The translations under genes were made by a program, and so were the position numbers. DNA of 20,980 nt. Origin: Chlamydiota bacterium. GTDB lineage: Bacteria > Chlamydiota > Chlamydiia > Chlamydiales > SM23-39. The stretch covers positions 1 through 20,980 of the forward strand of contig JBCDEZ010000026.1 of the NCBI GenBank assembly GCA_039179045.1. The letters run 5' to 3'. This document shows positions 13,788-20,980 of this stretch, piece by piece (within the stretch, counting starts at the first letter, position 1; each line of letters opens with the position of its first letter). The notes beneath the pieces are model-generated. The model searched no databases. It was not told the DNA's origin and saw only the letters and a program-made list of their open reading frames with translations.

Positions 13788-16289
13788 ATGCCCAAATTTC
13801 TTGTGATTGTTGAATCGCCCGCCAAACAAAAGACTCTGAAGAAATTCCTTGGCGCAAACTACTCATTAGCATCTTCTGTCGGTCACATTCGGGACCTACC
13901 AGAAAAAGGCCTCGGAATCGACATCGAAAACGACTTCACCCCAGAATACGTGGTGATGCCAAAGAAGCAATCGGTGATTGACACAATCAAAAAAGAGGCA
14001 AAGAAAGTAGAGGTGGTCTATCTTGCTCCCGATCCCGACCGAGAGGGAGAAGCGATTGCCTGGCATATCGCCCAGATTCTACCTAAGAAAAAAAAGATTC
14101 ACCGGATTGCCTTCCACTCGATTACCAAAAGTGCTGTCTTAGAGGCTTTAGAGCATCCAAGAGAAATCAACCAGCAGCTTGTAGGCACGCAGCAGGCAAG
14201 AAGACTGCTCGACCGGATTGTGGGATACAAGATCTCTCCTATCTTAACGAGAAAAGTGCGCCGAGGCAAAAAGGGGATCTCCGCGGGGAGGGTGCAATCG
14301 GTCGCGCTGAAACTCGTCGTCGATCGGGAAAAAGAGATCGAAGCACACGTGCCTGTCGAGTACTGGAATTTGTCGGTCTCGCTCAGCACCGATCTAAATA
14401 GCAAACCTTTTGTCGCGCACCTCTACTCAGTCCAAACCCTGAAAGTAGAAAAAGAGCCGGTTGCTGGAAAAAAAGTTTGTCTCATCAGCGAGGAGAAAAC
14501 GGCGCTTGCTCTTTTAGACGAGATCAAAACCTCGAACTTCTCTGTAAAAAGTGTCAGCAAAAAAGAGAAAAAAAGGAATCCCGTGCCCCCCTTCATCACG
14601 TCTACATTGCAGCAAGAGGCTGCCAGGCATTTCGGGTACAACGCTAGCCGCACGATGGGCATTGCGCAGAGTCTTTACGAAGGAGTCGATTTGGGCAATC
14701 GGGGAACAGAGGGGTTGATCACTTATATGCGTACCGACTCTGTCAATATCGCTAAAGAGGCGATCGGGGAGGTGCGCGCCTGCATCCGCGAAACTTACGG
14801 AAAAGATCTGCTTCCTGAAAAACCGAATGTCTACTCAAGTAAGAAAAGCGCACAAGAGGCTCACGAAGCGATCCGTCCCACAAACCTTCAGAACACCCCT
14901 GAGCAGGTGCAAGCCTACCTCGACATCGATCAGCGCAAACTCTACGGGCTGATCTGGAAGCGATTCATTGCCTCCCAGATGAAGCCAGCTCTTTTCGACA
15001 CAGTCTCTTGTGAGATCATAACCGAGTACCCGATGATCTTTCGTGCTACGGGGATGGCTATGAAGTACAAAGGTTTTTTGCTCGTATACGAAGAGAAAAA
15101 AGACACATCGACAGAGGAACCAAACGAAGAGATCGAAGGGCTTCTTCCCCCTCTAGAAAAGGGGCAGGCGCTTGTTTTGAAACAGACCAGCTGTTCACAG
15201 GCCTTCACCAAGCCCAAATCCCGTTTTACTGAATCCTCTCTTGTGCGAGAGCTGGAGCGTTGTGGCATCGGAAGGCCCTCAACATACGCCTCGATCATGA
15301 ACAAGATCCATAGCCGTGAATACACAACCAAAGAGAAGAATACTCTCAAGCCGACTGAACTGGGAAGAATCATCGCGCAGATGCTCGAGGAGAACTTCGC
15401 CTCGATCATGGATGTGGGATTCACAGCGAAGATGGAAGATGCTCTTGAAAGCATCGCCTCGAGTAGTAACGACTGGAAAAAGATCGTACGCGACTTTTGG
15501 AAAGACTTTTTCCCTCTGGTCGAAAAAGCGGAAAAAGAGGCACGCGTCCCGAAAGTACCCACCGACCTCGACTGCCCCAAATGCGGTCAAAAGCTCGAGA
15601 AAATCTGGGCTAAAGACCGCTATTTCTACGGATGCACCCAGTACCCCGATTGTGACTACACGGCAGCTATCGAAGCGCTTAGTTTCGATAAAAGCGAGTA
15701 CGCAGATGGTTTCGACTGGGAACAAAAATGCCACGAATGTGGCGCAGAGATGAATATACGTCACGGCAAGTATGGGGCCTTTTTGGGTTGCTCCAACTAC
15801 CCCGACTGCAAGGGGATCGTCAACATCCCCAAAAAAGGTGAGCCTCTTTTCGATCACGAAGAGGCTCCCAAGTGCCCCGCCATTGGGTGCGAAGGGAAGA
15901 TCGTTCCCCGAAAATCCCGCTTTGGGAAAACATTTTTCTCCTGCACGACGTTTCCCTCTTGCGATGTGATCGTCAACGATCTCGAAGGTTTGCAAGAAAA
16001 GTATCCCGACCACCCGAAAACAGCATACAAGAAAAAAAAGGGGAAGGGAGGATTTCAAACGAAGCAAAAACTCTCGAAAAACCTCGGAGATCTTCTAGGG
16101 GAAAAAGAGCTCTCTAGAGCGGAAGCGACGAAAAAGATCTGGCACTACATCAAAGAACAAGAGCTGCAAAACCCCGAAAACCGCCGGCAAATCGTTCCCG
16201 ACGAGCGCCTCGCGAAAGTCTGCGGTAGCAAAACTCCCTTCGATATGATGCAAATCCCCCGCATCTTGAGCGAGAATATGGGGAACTAG
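13788..16289 (+). CDS. topA: DNA topoisomerase I with three Zn ribbons and a C-terminal SWIB domain
   Basis: TOPRIM motifs IVESPAK and DPDREGEAIAWH, SAGRVQS, active-site ITYMRTDS, AQEAHEAIRPT and GIGRPSTY. Three C4 zinc ribbons follow, then the SWIB-like segment LSRAEATKKIWHYIKEQELQNPENRRQIVPDERL. Confidence 0.97.
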   Translation: MPKFLVIVESPAKQKTLKKFLGANYSLASSVGHIRDLPEKGLGIDIENDFTPEYVVMPKKQSVIDTIKKEAKKVEVVYLAPDPDREGEAIAWHIAQILPKKKKIHRIAFHSITKSAVLEALEHPREINQQLVGTQQARRLLDRIVGYKISPILTRKVRRGKKGISAGRVQSVALKLVVDREKEIEAHVPVEYWNLSVSLSTDLNSKPFVAHLYSVQTLKVEKEPVAGKKVCLISEEKTALALLDEIKTSNFSVKSVSKKEKKRNPVPPFITSTLQQEAARHFGYNASRTMGIAQSLYEGVDLGNRGTEGLITYMRTDSVNIAKEAIGEVRACIRETYGKDLLPEKPNVYSSKKSAQEAHEAIRPTNLQNTPEQVQAYLDIDQRKLYGLIWKRFIASQMKPALFDTVSCEIITEYPMIFRATGMAMKYKGFLLVYEEKKDTSTEEPNEEIEGLLPPLEKGQALVLKQTSCSQAFTKPKSRFTESSLVRELERCGIGRPSTYASIMNKIHSREYTTKEKNTLKPTELGRIIAQMLEENFASIMDVGFTAKMEDALESIASSSNDWKKIVRDFWKDFFPLVEKAEKEARVPKVPTDLDCPKCGQKLEKIWAKDRYFYGCTQYPDCDYTAAIEALSFDKSEYADGFDWEQKCHECGAEMNIRHGKYGAFLGCSNYPDCKGIVNIPKKGEPLFDHEEAPKCPAIGCEGKIVPRKSRFGKTFFSCTTFPSCDVIVNDLEGLQEKYPDHPKTAYKKKKGKGGFQTKQKLSKNLGDLLGEKELSRAEATKKIWHYIKEQELQNPENRRQIVPDERLAKVCGSKTPFDMMQIPRILSENMGN

Positions 16290-16302
16290 GAACAACAAAG
16301 CG

Positions 16303-16767
16303 CTACTCTTCTATCTCCTTTTCAAAAAGACGCCTGAGCCGCTCTCGATGAAACGGGGAGTCTTCATCAGGCTTTTCCTTTGGCACGCGCGATTTTTTTA
16401 CGATCCAGTGGAGAAACCACCGCACACCGCGCACATGCCCCCCCCCACTTTTTACCTGACGCGTTAGTCCACGGTCTTCCGTAATCACCGTGAAAGAGGA
16501 GGGGCAAGAAGAGGCAAAAAGTGTCTCCAAAATATATTCGTCTGCCGTCTGAGTACCTGGAGAAAAAATAACGAGAAAGTCAGCGAAGTATTGGTAACCG
16601 CTCTCTTCACCTAAGCGGTGATGACCGTCGAAAACAACTGTCATGATCGAGGAAAAAGACGCTGCATGCTCATCGAGGTTTGCCAAAAAAGCCTCCCGTT
16701 TTTTCTGCAAATCCTCTGACTGGCTGATCGAAAAAAGTACGTTGTATCCGTCAACGAGGTAGTGCAT
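16303..16767 (-). CDS. NYN/PIN domain protein, YacP/Rae1-like ribonuclease family
   Basis: Motifs YLVDGYNV, VVFDG, TADEYI and VITEDRGL give the four acidic PIN/NYN catalytic positions. The ATG directly abuts the rdgB stop (TAGATG). Confidence 0.85.
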   Translation of the reverse strand: MHYLVDGYNVLFSISQSEDLQKKREAFLANLDEHAASFSSIMTVVFDGHHRLGEESGYQYFADFLVIFSPGTQTADEYILETLFASSCPSSFTVITEDRGLTRQVKSGGGHVRGVRWFLHWIVKKSRVPKEKPDEDSPFHRERLRRLFEKEIEE

Positions 16768-17385
16768 CTAGGCAAATACGCGCAGTAGGTGGGGAAGCAT
16801 CTTCGCAAATGCTTTGCCCCTATGAGAAATGCGACTTTTGGTCGATTCAGGAAGCTCTGCGAAAGTTTTTCCGTAGTCGTGTTTCAAGAACAAAGAGTCG
16901 TAACCAAAACCCCAACTGCCCCTTTCTTGCTCTAGCAAGGCTCCCTCGCAAACTCCCTCAACAGAGGCCTCTATCTTTTCGGGAGAGGCAAGGACCATAG
17001 AGCACTCGTAGTAAGCAAAGCGCTCCTCACCCGAGAGATCTTGCATATCGCGTAAAAGCTTTTGCCGGTTCTCCCGGTCTGTCGCATGAGCGCCTGCATA
17101 GCGCGCAGAGAACAGTCCCGGCTTGCCTCGAAGGGCAGGAACCACGAGTCCCGAATCATCGGCAAGGGCATAGAGTCCGAGCTCTTTCGCTGCATGAAGG
17201 GCTTTGACAGTTGCGTTCTCTTTGAAAGTGCTCCCCTCCTCTTCGAGAGGGGTGTATAGGGGAAAATCGAGAAGGGTGAATAAATCAAAAGAAAGAGCGT
17301 TTTTGAGCAGATCTTTGATCTCACGCGCTTTGTGTCTATTTGCGCTAGCGATGACAAGCGCTGTAGGCGAGCGAAGAGCGTTCAT
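16768..17385 (-). CDS. rdgB: Non-canonical purine NTP pyrophosphatase (dITP/XTP; RdgB/Ham1)
   Basis: Motifs ASANRHKAREI, TFKENA..KA, ADDSGL..ALRGKPGLFSARYAG, GFGYDSLF and ISHRGKA. The start is set at ATG 17385 (AGGA RBS), with 17391 as an alternative. Confidence 0.93.
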   Translation of the reverse strand: MNALRSPTALVIASANRHKAREIKDLLKNALSFDLFTLLDFPLYTPLEEEGSTFKENATVKALHAAKELGLYALADDSGLVVPALRGKPGLFSARYAGAHATDRENRQKLLRDMQDLSGEERFAYYECSMVLASPEKIEASVEGVCEGALLEQERGSWGFGYDSLFLKHDYGKTFAELPESTKSRISHRGKAFAKMLPHLLRVFA

Positions 17386-17558
17386 ATGCATCCTAAGAAA
17401 ATTTCTTCTCTTTATACCACACGAGAGGTATTCGAAGGAAAGCGAAACCAAATGCATAAAGAGCTTGAACCTCGCAGAAAAATTCTAGCTTACAATCCTT
17501 GACTTAGATGAAAATACAGGAGTGTCCCCTCCTTTCCTTGTACCAATCTCGATGAGGC

Positions 17559-19370
17559 ATGCTTGACGAAAGCCCTATGACTTCCCTTCCCAAAACCTTG
17601 AGCCGTTTCCTCAGATACTTTTTGCTTAAGCAAAAAGGGCGCTTCGCCGCGATCCAAATCCTCGCCTTTGCCTGGTCTTTTGACAACATCACCTGGCCCC
17701 TTATTTTGCGCTTGTTGATTGATAAAATCACCACCTTTGCTCCCGAAGAGGGCAATCTTTGGCATGACCTCACTCCCCTCCTGATCTTTTGGCTTTGCAC
17801 GCGCATCTCCCTCGATCTCGCGTACCGTACCTACGGATTCCTCATGGCTAGCACTTTTCCCCAGTTGGAGTCTGCCATCCGAATGGAAATGTTCACCTAC
17901 ATCCAAGACCACTCCTACCACTACTTTGCCCACCACTTTGCGGGGAGTATCTCGAATCGGATCAACGATATGGCGCAGAGCACTACGAGAATCTTGCAAC
18001 TCCTCTTCACTTTGTTTATGCCAGCTTTTCTAGCATTTGTAATCGCATCGATTCTCTTTTACATGATCAATCCTGGGTTTGCATTTTTTCTGGTCCTTTG
18101 GACGTGTTTGCACATGGGCATCTGCTTTGCGGGAGCAAAAAGGTGCGCGCACGCATCTGAGGTGCACTCACATGCCCGCAGCTTTTTGACAGGAAAAGTC
18201 GTGGACTCGCTAAGCAATATCGTGAATGTGAAACTGTTTGCAAGCAAAGACTACGAATGTACCTACTTAGGAAAGTACCAAAAAAAGGAGAGGCAAACAT
18301 ACACACAGGCGCTCACAATTGCAGAAAAGATCAATGTAGCTTTGAGCATTTCCTCTCTCCTTTTTCCCGGAATCTTCCTCACCTGGTACATCATCTACAG
18401 CTGGCAGATGCAGTGGATTGACGTGGGAAGTCTCGTCTTCATTTTCAATGCAACTTGGAACATACAGCACCTAGCCTGGTTTGCAGGAATGGAGCTACCC
18501 AATCTCTACAAGGAGATAGGCGTCTGCCAGCAAGCGATGTCCCTCATTCGAGCAGAACATGAGATCCAAGACGAGCCTGATGCCAAGGATCTCAAAATCA
18601 AAAAAGGGCGTATCGTCTTCGAAGATGTCTCCTTCCACTACCCGGATGGGAAACGTATTTTTCAAGGATTGCGCGCTACAATCGGCGAGGGGGAAAAAGT
18701 GGGGTTAGTCGGTTTTTCTGGAAGTGGAAAAAGCACCTTTGTGAACCTGATCATGCGTTTTTTCGCAATCCACTCGGGCGCAATCAAGATTGAGGGGACA
18801 GACATTCGCACGGTCACGCGTCAATCTCTAAGATCTCAGATTTCGATGATCCCGCAAAACCCCTCTCTTTTCCACCGTACCCTATGGGAAAACATCCGTT
18901 ATGGGAACAGGCACGCTACCCAAGAGGAGGTCCTTGCAGCCTCCAAAAATGCCCACTGCCATGAGTTCATCAGCTCTCTTCCCGAAGGGTATGCCACCCT
19001 TGTGGGTGAGCGGGGTATCAAACTCTCGGGAGGGCAACGGCAACGGATTGCGATTGCAAGAGCTCTTCTTGCCGATGCTCCGATTCTGATTTTAGATGAA
19101 GCCACAAGCGCTCTAGACTCTGTGACAGAGACACACATCCAAGAAGCTTTGCACCACCTGATGCGAGGAAGAACTACGATTGTGATCGCCCACAGACTCT
19201 CCACCCTATCGGAAATGGATAAGATACTCGTATTTGAAAAAGGCGCAATTGTGGAGGAGGGAAACCACAAAGCTCTGCTGCGCTCAGGTGGGCATTATGC
19301 CACCATGTGGCAGATGCAAGCAGGTGGGTTTCTACCGGATACATCCGACGGGATGGAAGTGGAATGGTGA
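17559..19370 (+). CDS. ABC transporter fused permease/ATPase (type IV exporter, MdlB/MsbA/Atm1-like)
   Basis: N-terminal TM domain, Walker A GFSGSGKST, Q-loop MIPQ, signature LSGGQRQR, Walker B ILILDEATSALD and H-loop IAHRLST. The start could be 17577. Confidence 0.93.
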   Translation: MLDESPMTSLPKTLSRFLRYFLLKQKGRFAAIQILAFAWSFDNITWPLILRLLIDKITTFAPEEGNLWHDLTPLLIFWLCTRISLDLAYRTYGFLMASTFPQLESAIRMEMFTYIQDHSYHYFAHHFAGSISNRINDMAQSTTRILQLLFTLFMPAFLAFVIASILFYMINPGFAFFLVLWTCLHMGICFAGAKRCAHASEVHSHARSFLTGKVVDSLSNIVNVKLFASKDYECTYLGKYQKKERQTYTQALTIAEKINVALSISSLLFPGIFLTWYIIYSWQMQWIDVGSLVFIFNATWNIQHLAWFAGMELPNLYKEIGVCQQAMSLIRAEHEIQDEPDAKDLKIKKGRIVFEDVSFHYPDGKRIFQGLRATIGEGEKVGLVGFSGSGKSTFVNLIMRFFAIHSGAIKIEGTDIRTVTRQSLRSQISMIPQNPSLFHRTLWENIRYGNRHATQEEVLAASKNAHCHEFISSLPEGYATLVGERGIKLSGGQRQRIAIARALLADAPILILDEATSALDSVTETHIQEALHHLMRGRTTIVIAHRLSTLSEMDKILVFEKGAIVEEGNHKALLRSGGHYATMWQMQAGGFLPDTSDGMEVEW

Positions 19371-19434
19371 AAAAATCAAGCAGGCAATTGGACCGCTGGC
19401 AAAAAGTTGGAGGGCCTACAAAAAAGGAAATGGT

Positions 19435-20427
19435 TCATGATTTTGTGTCTTGCCCTCTCTTTGAAGGGTTGCTTGTGGAAGGAAGATCTAGGGAATGATC
19501 TTGTTTTTTTCGTTTTCCGAACTCCTTGCAGGTTCTCAATTTGTGCAAAATCCGTTTGCAATAGTCGTTTTTACTCGCCTCAGAAATTTTTTTGGAAAAA
19601 ATCTCACCCAATTCTTTTACCTTCCCTCGAAAAACAATCCTTGTATTTTGAGCAGTATTTTCTACATCGCCCGGATCGTAGAAGAATGCAACGCATGGAT
19701 TATTGGTAGTATCCTCTGAAACCATGTCGATCAGTTCCTCTCTGCCGACTCTCAACTCTTCATCACAAAAAAGCTCGTGAACAGAGAAAAGAAAGCCTAT
19801 ACACATAAGATAAACGGAAACGCTAATTCTGAAAGCTATGTGAGTAAAAGGGGCAGTCACTAAAAAGTAGAGAGCAACAGCACAAGTGTATTTTGCAGAA
19901 AAAACAATCTTTTGAGCGCCGTATTCTTCTTCCAAGTCACCGATTACTTCAAAGATTTTTGACAAAAGCTCCGAGTGGTTAGAAAGTCGAAGCGGAAGAC
20001 CTTCCTTCACATCAACAAAAGGAACCATGTCAGGCCATCCGTTCACATAAATCATAGAAATAGTCGGATACGCCTCATGGCCAGTTAAATCGAAGAGCGC
20101 TTCTTGGATCTTGGTGCAGTTCTTCAGCATTTTCATAGTATTCCAACTCAGATCAAGAGGGAGCGGTTGCTGTGGGATTTTGCGAGAATCAGAAACTCTA
20201 CCAAGCAATTTCTCTTCCTTGGAGAAGCTCTCCCACTCGCATTCGCCTAATGCCTGACCTAATAAGAGAGAATATTGAACCTGGCCAGTAAGGTTTTTTA
20301 TATTGTTGCGGGAAAGGTGTAACCGGGCCTTCAAGGCCCGCTTTTCCGGATTCTTGACCAAAAAATAGGCAGATGAATTCGAGTAAACGATACCCAAATC
20401 CGGAAAAAAATATGATGACTGAATCAC
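19435..20427 (-). CDS. Hypothetical (orphan-like) membrane protein with a hydrophobic hairpin
   Basis: 330-aa ORF with GTG start, an AGGA RBS and a strong upstream promoter. It has a central hydrophobic segment of about 40 aa and no recognisable family motif. Confidence 0.7.
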   Translation of the reverse strand: MIQSSYFFPDLGIVYSNSSAYFLVKNPEKRALKARLHLSRNNIKNLTGQVQYSLLLGQALGECEWESFSKEEKLLGRVSDSRKIPQQPLPLDLSWNTMKMLKNCTKIQEALFDLTGHEAYPTISMIYVNGWPDMVPFVDVKEGLPLRLSNHSELLSKIFEVIGDLEEEYGAQKIVFSAKYTCAVALYFLVTAPFTHIAFRISVSVYLMCIGFLFSVHELFCDEELRVGREELIDMVSEDTTNNPCVAFFYDPGDVENTAQNTRIVFRGKVKELGEIFSKKISEASKNDYCKRILHKLRTCKEFGKRKKQDHSLDLPSTSNPSKRGQDTKS

Positions 20428-20460
20428 AGAACTCTTATCCTAAAAGGAATTGAGGAAATA

Positions 20461-20489
20461 ATTTTACTATAAATATTTTCTAACGTCAA
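20461..20489 (-). promoter_or_regulatory. Near-consensus sigma70/sigma66 promoter with AT-rich UP element for the 330-aa orphan
   Basis: Minus strand reads TTGACG (20489-20484), 17 nt, TAAAAT (20466-20461), with an AT-rich tract at 20490-20510. Confidence 0.7.
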
Positions 20490-20552
20490 ATAAAACAATT
20501 TAATTGATATTCTAGACTCACCTGCCAAATGCATGCACAGACAGCCAGGTCT

Positions 20553-20780
20553 TTACCTGCTAGAGAACCCAAGGGCCACTAACATACCTGTTGAAAACAG
20601 ATAGATTTTCGGGATAGAAGGCACATTGCAGAGGAAATCGGAACCACCCTGAACAATTGTAGAACTTAAAAACAAGCCCACACAATCATGATCCAGTAGA
20701 GCAAAGTAAAGTCGATAGCATTCCTTTATACCAATCAAAAAACCTATAAAAAAACAAACTGATATACTTGTATTTGCCAC
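20553..20780 (-). CDS. Possible small hydrophobic protein or gene remnant (75 aa)
   Basis: GTG-start ORF with hydrophobic stretches, no clear RBS and no recognisable family. Confidence 0.25.
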   Translation of the reverse strand: MANTSISVCFFIGFLIGIKECYRLYFALLDHDCVGLFLSSTIVQGGSDFLCNVPSIPKIYLFSTGMLVALGFSSR

Positions 20781-20789
20781 GTTATCTCA

Positions 20790-20821
20790 AAGGCTTATAG
20801 CCTTCTATCTTTATAAGCCTT
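20790..20821. repeat. Perfect 10-bp inverted repeat (hairpin or operator)
   Basis: AAGGCTTATA (20790-20799), 12 nt, TATAAGCCTT (20812-20821). Confidence 0.6.
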
Positions 20822-20866
20822 GGAATGGGCCTTGTTGAAAAAATCAAATTTTCAGACCAACCAGGA

Positions 20867-20980
20867 CTATCCTTGAAGATTTTCTAGCTCGCGGTTCTCA
20901 TCATTTGATTCATCAGGGATTTTCAGTAACCTTCTACTCTTTGAGCGCTTGGTTTTCTTGAGTAGAACATGGGACCATAG
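20867..20980 (-). CDS. Possible 3' end of a CDS entering from beyond the window
   Basis: An open minus frame reads LWSHVLLKKTKRSKSRRLLKIPDESNDENRELENLQG* and ends at TAG 20869-20867. Only 37 codons are visible. Confidence 0.3.
   Translation of the reverse strand, partial: LWSHVLLKKTKRSKSRRLLKIPDESNDENRELENLQG

Noticed and set aside
14942..16067. Long antisense ORFs (212 and 262 aa) within topA, and similar ones within trkA, rpoN and kdoO
   Set aside because: These are shadow ORFs opposite well-supported genes and carry no family motifs.
17386..17457. N-terminal extension of RdgB in the track
   Set aside because: Family homology starts at about LVIAS, and a downstream ATG with an AGGA RBS fits better.
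1..20980. CRISPR arrays, IS elements, prophage or defence islands
   Set aside because: I saw no regularly spaced repeats, transposase, integrase or phage gene cluster. The helicase and NYN nuclease have housekeeping-type architecture and context.

Overview
This looks like a gene-dense chromosomal region of an environmental member of the Chlamydiota. The assignment rests on a TopA carrying a C-terminal SWIB/MDM2-like domain and on two hypothetical proteins that, from memory, resemble the chlamydial conserved families next to ahpC and topA. Housekeeping genes are ahpC, an MBL hydrolase, tRNA-Arg(ACG), trkA/trkH, pcrA/uvrD, rpoN, topA, a YacP/Rae1-like NYN nuclease, rdgB and an ABC exporter. Envelope-modifying accessory genes are interspersed: a GT9 heptosyltransferase-like gene and a Kdo-3-hydroxylase (kdoO) flank a short, divergent sigma-54, and a secreted GT-like protein sits at the left edge. 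The most interesting leads are a possible Kdo-to-Ko LPS remodelling system in a chlamydia, a small conserved protein with contractile tail-sheath-like motifs, a cysteine-hydrolase homologue with a rewired catalytic triad coupled to trkAH, a membrane HExxH protein co-transcribed with kdoO, apparent leaderless promoters, and an Inc-like orphan. No mobile element or CRISPR array was seen. All family calls come from motif recognition by eye, without database searches.
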